A stretch of DNA of 63,939 bases, counting the filler, from Lenisia limosa (Eukaryota > Protista > Breviatea): the NCBI GenBank assembly GCA_001655205.1. It is 11 parts of 11 records of this genome, joined end to end, with 100 filler letters (N's around TTAATTAATTAA, not from the genome) between each part and the next. Parts side by side here need not be neighbours in the genome. Positions count along the whole stretch, not along the records: positions 47,490 to 59,737 come from LPNZ01008204.1; positions 59,838 to 61,619 come from LPNZ01001576.1; positions 61,720 to 63,939 come from LPNZ01006915.1; 8 more parts are not named here. One strand, 5' to 3'. Made by a program: the position numbers and the translations under genes. This document shows positions 58,301 through 63,939 of this stretch, piece by piece. The notes below the pieces were generated by a model. That model was given only the letters and a program-made list of their open reading frames with translations, had not been told where the DNA came from and made no database searches. Every line of letters starts with the position of its first letter. Position 1 is the first letter of the stretch.

Positions 58301-58744
58301 GTCTTCGTTCCTAGGTGCTGTAACTGATTTTCGGGGGCACCTCCCTCCCAGGATTCAATTTGAAAAGTGACCACTCACTTTCACTTTTATTGATATGTTT
58401 AAATTATGTCCATGATGGAAGGTTATCTAGCCTAAAAGAAACGACATACCAGTGAGGGATGATCTTGGAGACTTTGTTAGCTTGGCAGTGCTAGCTGTTG
58501 GGGATTGCTTGGGCTTGACAACAACAGGAGCCGTCTTCTTCACCGATTTAAGAGCCATTTGACGTGCTGGGCGAGTGGCGGGAGGGGAAGGGGCCTTGGA
58601 AGAGGCAACAGCTTTCTTTTTGACAAGAGTTTTTTTCTGAACAGGGGACGGCTTTTTGGCCACAGGACTCTTCTTTTTGGGTGTAGAAGCAACATTAGGC
58701 TTCTTTGCAAGCGGTCTAGCCCGCTGGGGCAGCTTGGAACTCAT
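52400..58744 (-). CDS. C-terminal-motor kinesin-14 (KIFC1/Kar3/Ncd type); 3' end approximate
   Basis: Basic N-tail, coiled coil, then [13 protein letters not shown]; [21 protein letters not shown]; GMIPRAV; [14 protein letters not shown]; NDRSSRSH; [12 protein letters not shown]; [26 protein letters not shown]; [17 protein letters not shown]. Confidence 0.95.
55198..55275. mobile_element. MITE family A copy, truncated
   Basis: TAAAGCTTCACTTCGGTTCAAAAAG...AATAAATATCGATATTTT. Confidence 0.6.
57395..57486. mobile_element. MITE family A copy with 7/8 TSD
   Basis: ATTGTCAT|TAGGGCTTCACTTC...GAACCGAAGTGAAGCCCTG|ATTGTCCT. Confidence 0.88.
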
Positions 58745-59162
58745 GATTTACTACTTTAGCAGCGCATTTTCTTCGTTATTCTGGACTTTTCGGGATGTAA
58801 CGTGTACACAGAAGTGTATAGTATTGATATGTCGAACGAGAAGGCAGTTTTTGAGTTTCTGTTTCTGTTTTTTTATTTCATTTTGTTCTGGACTAGCAAT
58901 TTTTTTTTATAAATTGTGTATCTTCGTGAAACAAGTTCTGTATTAAAATTCTAATAATATTTAATATGTATTTAATAGAGTAATTGACACTCAATTGCCA
59001 GTGGATTACCATGTGTGAAAGTGTGAAAAGAAACTTTTGACATAGTCTGTGTGTTTAAAATGTTTCAAATGTGAGTAATGAGTGACATACAGGAATGGCA
59101 TGGTATGACATGCATAGAAACAAAACAAGAAAAAAGCAAATAGATAGGAGGTAGCACGTGGC

Positions 59163-59737
59163 TTAGGACGGCATTCTGAGTTGGTAGTCTCCGGACTGTG
59201 TCAGGTATCTCACCCAAGGGACGGCTTGGTATCCACTCTTTTCTCTGCGGGGGTGAAGGGCAATTTGTGACCATTAACAATCGACGGGCAAAAACCCACG
59301 GATAACAAAGGGATGTTGATAAAAAATCCTATTAAGAAAGATAAGAAGATTATTACAATTCAAAATGGCATTAGATTAAGATGTTCAAAATCTACTTCCA
59401 GTTTACCCACATGATTTTGAGGTAGCGAACTTGGATCCCCGAAACGGTGAAGTAGGGAATCTCAAATTTGACTGAAATGGGAGGTTTTTCAATCTTTCCA
59501 TCGTCTACATGAATAAGGGAATGAAATCATTTTCCGACACCAAATCATCATTACTCTCAATATATTGCTTCTTTCAGATATGAACCTCTAAATTGGTCGA
59601 AGACAGCTTCACCCCCCATTCCCCCTTCAATTAAAAAAATAGTACCGAAGCCCCCCCAACCGCTTTCGATACTTGGCAAGCCGAAATGCGCTCTCATGAG
59701 GTACTCCTTGCCGCCGGGGAAAGACTTGATGGTCCAA
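59163..59737 (-). CDS. AP1M1: AP-1 complex mu subunit, last three exons
   Basis: WTIKSFPGGKEYLMRAHFGLPS / KPPISVKFEIPYFTVSGIQVRYLKII / EKSGYQAVPWVRYLTQSGDYQLRMPS-TAA. Confidence 0.95.
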
Positions 59738-59849
59738 NNNNNNNNNNNNNNNNNNNNNNNNNNNNNNNNNNNNNNNNNNNNTTAATTAATTAANNNNNNN
59801 NNNNNNNNNNNNNNNNNNNNNNNNNNNNNNNNNNNNNTACATAGACCCT

Positions 59850-61552
59850 GATTCATGGGCGCTGGCTGAGGAACTGGCCAAAAACAACTTGCCTTTAGGG
59901 GTAAGTGGCGTTGCCGGAGTACAACTTTTTGTTCATGTAACATTGTTATGTATTTGATGCCACCCCCTTCAATTCTGCAATTTTTAACAATACGTTAACT
60001 CATATCCACATCATATGACCGACTTTCGAGTCGAATGAAGAACGAAGATAACAGAAGGGTATACCCCGAGTGTATCAGAGTATCATTGAGACTTGTCGGT
60101 CAATTATTATACGAGTGGATATGAGGTATCATATCACTGCGTGGAAAATGATAGTTCACACGTGTGAAAATGACCCAAAAAGTGATATGATATTCACTAT
60201 ATGATATGCATGTATGTATCAATTCCAACTCACAACCCTCATCATAAAGCTCTTTGTTTGCATCCGCTCCGACTTCGAGTACATTCCTGCTTACAACTCC
60301 TTCCTCAAAGGCATTAATGAAATGGACGTATCCGTGGCATCAATTAACTTGGCTCCCCTTGGTGAGAGGAGGTATCTTGCTGTGGATGGTGGTCAATTAG
60401 TTAAAAATGTTTGTTTTGTTTTTTGATATTTATTTGAATGACTTCAGACACTATAACTGTTTATTATTTCTTATCCCCCCCCCTCCCTCCCTTTAGACTC
60501 ACAATGCATCTTTGAGATCATGCGAGGTGCGTTCAAAGCCAACAAAGTTCCGGACCTCTTACTGAGAATTATTGGTATGCCATCTTCAAAAACTTAAAAT
60601 GTACCATATACCAGTGCAAATCACATTGTTATTAAGATACATATCATATTTTCAGGAATTGCGTTTCTTGAACTTCATATTTCTATTTTTTGCACTTGCT
60701 CTTCGATAAGTTTTGCTATTTTCAGATATACACTTCAATACTCTTCACTCATTTTTAGAGCACAAGGCTGGTGGAAACCCCCAGTTTGCCAAGGCTACTG
60801 CTGAAGTAATCGTCAATATTAGTGGGGAGGAGGGGACGGTACTCAATGTGTTGGTCAATTTAAAGTATTATGAGACCCTCATCGTTCGTGTCCCTAACCT
60901 CTAGGTAACGGTGTGCTACGTAATAACGCCGGATGCATAGCGATCCACCCTCAAGGCTTACAGACCGAAGAAGACGCAATAGCTGGTGGGGGGACTATAC
61001 ACCCAGCAAGCAGAATCGTAATTTGCATCATAGAATATTACAGCGTCTTTCTATTGTGGCGAGAGGCTAATCCCCACAGGAGCTGTAGCCAACTGCCCCA
61101 TTCCACCCAGCCTTGCGTCGAACGTAAAGGCGCATTTGGACTCTCTTTCCCCGTCTCAGATCCTTACTCTCAAGGTATGTAGCCTTCCGTCTTGTTGGTT
61201 GTAGCCTTCCGTCTTGGTTGCACCATTGGCATTTCCTTCTTTTGTATTTTTTTTTTTTGTTACCCCATTCCCTCNNNNNNNNNNNNNNNNNNNNNNNNNN
61301 NNNNNNNNNNNNNNNNNNNNNNNNNNNNNNNNNNNNNNNNNNNNNNNNNNNNNNNNNNNNNNNNNNNNNNNNNNNNNNNNNNNNNNNGTGTGCTATTATA
61401 GCTCAGCCAGCCCCTCACAGTGTATCGCGTGCCCTCTTATACCATCTCCACCCCCTTGCGGCTGAAAACGAGGCATCAGCCATCGCGGCTATTGACAACG
61501 ATATTCAGGTCATAGCAGGCATGTTGAACAGAATGAGTAAGAGGGTGAAACA
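59850..61552 (+). CDS. Fragment of an ADCY10/STAND-like AAA NTPase protein
   Basis: SWALAEEL; LFVCIRSD; SINLAPL / DSQCIFEIM; VPDLLLRII / EHKAGGNPQFAKATA (GGNP motif); IQVIAGMLNRMSKRVKQ. No cyclase domain lies inside the window. Confidence 0.5.
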
Positions 61553-62349
61553 AGGGGTACATTGTTATAATCTTATTGTGACAGAACCACCACATTAGAA
61601 TTTATATTGTTCGTCACCCNNNNNNNNNNNNNNNNNNNNNNNNNNNNNNNNNNNNNNNNNNNNTTAATTAATTAANNNNNNNNNNNNNNNNNNNNNNNNN
61701 NNNNNNNNNNNNNNNNNNNTATACTATGTATATTATGCCTATACAGTATATGCACCATCCCCACATTAGACAGACGCAGATGAAGCTGAAAAGGCAGGCT
61801 CTGGCCTGGTCTAAATGGTCCTCGGAGACCTCATCAAAGGTCTAGCGGGTAAGGATTAATAATGTAAGTCATAAATACGAAATATGTACATTTGTAAATA
61901 ATATGATTTTATCAAAGGTCTGGGGTCGGATATAAATATGTTCCCAGCAAATGTTCTAGGGGAGGGGGTATTTGAGAGGGGTTCTAGAAATGATTAAGGT
62001 ATCAAGGGAGGTTACGTCATTATTATCGTGACACAAGAAAAATAAATCCATTTGATACAAATCATGAAAAATGGACCCCCCTTCTCCTCACAAATATATA
62101 TCGATATATATATTATATCCCCATCCACAAAAACCAGTGCTTTTTGGATAAANNNNNNNNNNNNNNNNNNNNNNNNNNNNNNNNNNNNNNNNNNNNNNNN
62201 NNNNNNNNNNNNNNNNNNNNNNNNNNNNNNNNNNNNNNNNNNNNNNNNNNNNNNNNNNNNNNNNNNNNNNNNNNNNNNNNNNNNNNNNNNNNNNNNNNNN
62301 NNNNNNAGCACCGGATTTTGTGGGCGGGGATATATACTATATAAAAGCA

Positions 62350-63830
62350 GGCCCCCTCACAAATCGAGAAAACAGGTCGGTGGTGGTCATGATGGTCAGT
62401 GACAGTGTGAAGAAGGCCACACTGAAAACCACCTGAAAGGGGGGAAGTGAGATGGGCGCGTGTGTATGTGTTGAATTTCTAAAGGGAAGGGAAAGGAAAG
62501 GGAATTTGAATTGCGTGTTGCTCATGTTTTTTTTTCTCTCCGATGTTTTTTGCGTCAGTGATTAGTACCTTTACTCCAATATTCGTCATCGAAATTTCCT
62601 TCCCATTATTCTTCATTGAAACTTCCTTCACCTCCCCCCCCCCCCCNNNNNNNNNNNNNNNNNNNNNNNNNNNNNNNNNNNNNNNNNNNNNNNNNNNNNN
62701 NNNNNNNNNNNNNNNNNNNNNNNNNNNNNNNNNNNNNNNNNNNNNNNNNNNNNNNNNNNNNNNNNNNNAGCAACGTTCTTCGGAGACAGCTCATTGGTGG
62801 GTGGGCTGATTCTAAATATGGTAAGTAGTTCTAAATATGATGGTAAATATCTTAAAATAGAAAGGTTGTTCAAAATAAATAAATATTAAAAAGAATACCA
62901 AAACCCCTAACATCAGCCACCCTCCCCACCTTGAAACCGAGAGGGCGATAGAGAAAGCAAGAACGGGAATAACAATGTGCGTCAGAAGCAGCAGGGATAG
63001 GGAGGTGAAGGGCGTGGGGAAAAGGAGGGCTGAGCAGAAGAGCTGTAGAAGCGCCACGAATATGAGGGATGACACCAGGAAAGAGATTGATTGGACAATT
63101 GATCGGTGCGTCCTGGGGGAGGGGGGTAAAATTGAAAAAATTATGAAAAAAAAAAAAAAAAAAAAANNNNNNNNNNNNNNNNNNNNNNNNNNNNNNNNNN
63201 NNNNNNNNNNNNNNNNNNNNNNNNNNNNNNNNNGTCGGTGCGCCGTAGTATATTATCTTTCCTTTCCACTTCCACCTCTTCCGATACCACCTTGTTTAAG
63301 TCCAACTACCTCCGAGCTTCCTTGACAAGCGCCACAATGCTCATTAAATTGGACGGTCGGGGCAGAATCGCTGATAACAATCAAGGAATATAGAATAATA
63401 CAATAACAAAAGAATAAACTACATAAAATAATCGAGAAACAGAATGCGATATTTGTTAATGGTATCCCTGTGTATTTATTTGTTCCTAGATTTCTAATTT
63501 ATACTATTTCTCTTGTTCCGCAAAAAAGATGACTCCACCACCCTCACCTGCACAAGGAAGAGAAGATATGGCCAGGCCTGTGGGTGGAGGCGGGTTGTTC
63601 AAATCCTTAAGGAGTGGCCTGATTTGTTAGTGGTTTTTGCTATTGGGAAATTCAGGTTGTTGCTTATAATCCCTTTTAAGTTACCCCCCCTCCCACGCCG
63701 CCACAATTGAGCATCGTGTCTCCTGTCCCATCTGCATCGCAGCTGCCTCCAATGTCGGCGGCGTTTGACTCAGGGCGGCCGATGAAGGGTCGTCGAGGGG
63801 ATAGAGAGCGCTGAACAGTAAAGAGGATAT
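62350..63830 (-). CDS. TMEM94-like (P-type ATPase-related) membrane protein fragment
   Basis: GLAISSLPCA / SNLMSIVALVKEARR / THRSIVQSISFLVSSLIFVALLQLFCSALLFPTPFTSLSLLLLTHIVIPVLAFS follows the recalled TMEM94 series LNSLPCS..IIRLIEQAR..IRKCFLF..ILWLSCFCYPLLS. Confidence 0.6.
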
Positions 63831-63853
63831 TATGATTGTTGTTTTGCGGGGAG

Positions 63854-63939
63854 TGGGGGTACGACCAAGGGGTCCATGAGGGGGTACGACCAAGGGGTCC
63901 ATGTGGGGGTACGACCAAGGGGTCCATGTGGGGGTACGA
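63854..63939. repeat. 25-bp tandem repeat, at least 3.5 copies, runs off the window
   Basis: Repeats of G(T/A)GGGGGTACGACCAAGGGGTCCAT. Confidence 0.9.

Overview
Eukaryotic draft-genome DNA, not prokaryotic. It is AT-rich and very intron-dense, and uses the standard genetic code. The window is a concatenation of 11 scaffold pieces joined by ten artificial 100-bp linkers (N44-TTAATTAATTAA-N44), so genes on either side of a linker are not neighbours. Exons were spliced and translated by eye, so boundaries are approximate and family assignments come from recalled motifs, not from database searches. Recognisable genes: RtcB, GAR1, V-ATPase D, a RhoGAP, NAE1/APP-BP1, ATAD5/Elg1, kinesin-14, AP-1 mu, a CFAP47-like ASH protein (implying a flagellate), a TMEM94-like protein, a PTEN-like/C2 protein, a LEM-like+LEM protein, a degenerate HADHA/FadJ-like enzyme and an intron-rich gene with a DGQHR (ParB/Srx-like) domain. 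The introns hold several DNA-transposon families: hAT MITEs with verifiable 8-bp TSDs, TA-flanked TIR elements, and a decayed pogo/Fot1-like element carrying a tRNA-like Pol III module. They also hold two near-identical box C/D snoRNA candidates, tandem duplications that span splice sites, and long G/C tracts next to splice sites. No rRNA, intact tRNA or CRISPR array was found. The most interesting leads are the eukaryotic DGQHR gene, the duplicated hairpin-containing C/D RNA, the degenerate trifunctional-enzyme homologue and the LAP2-like domain architecture.
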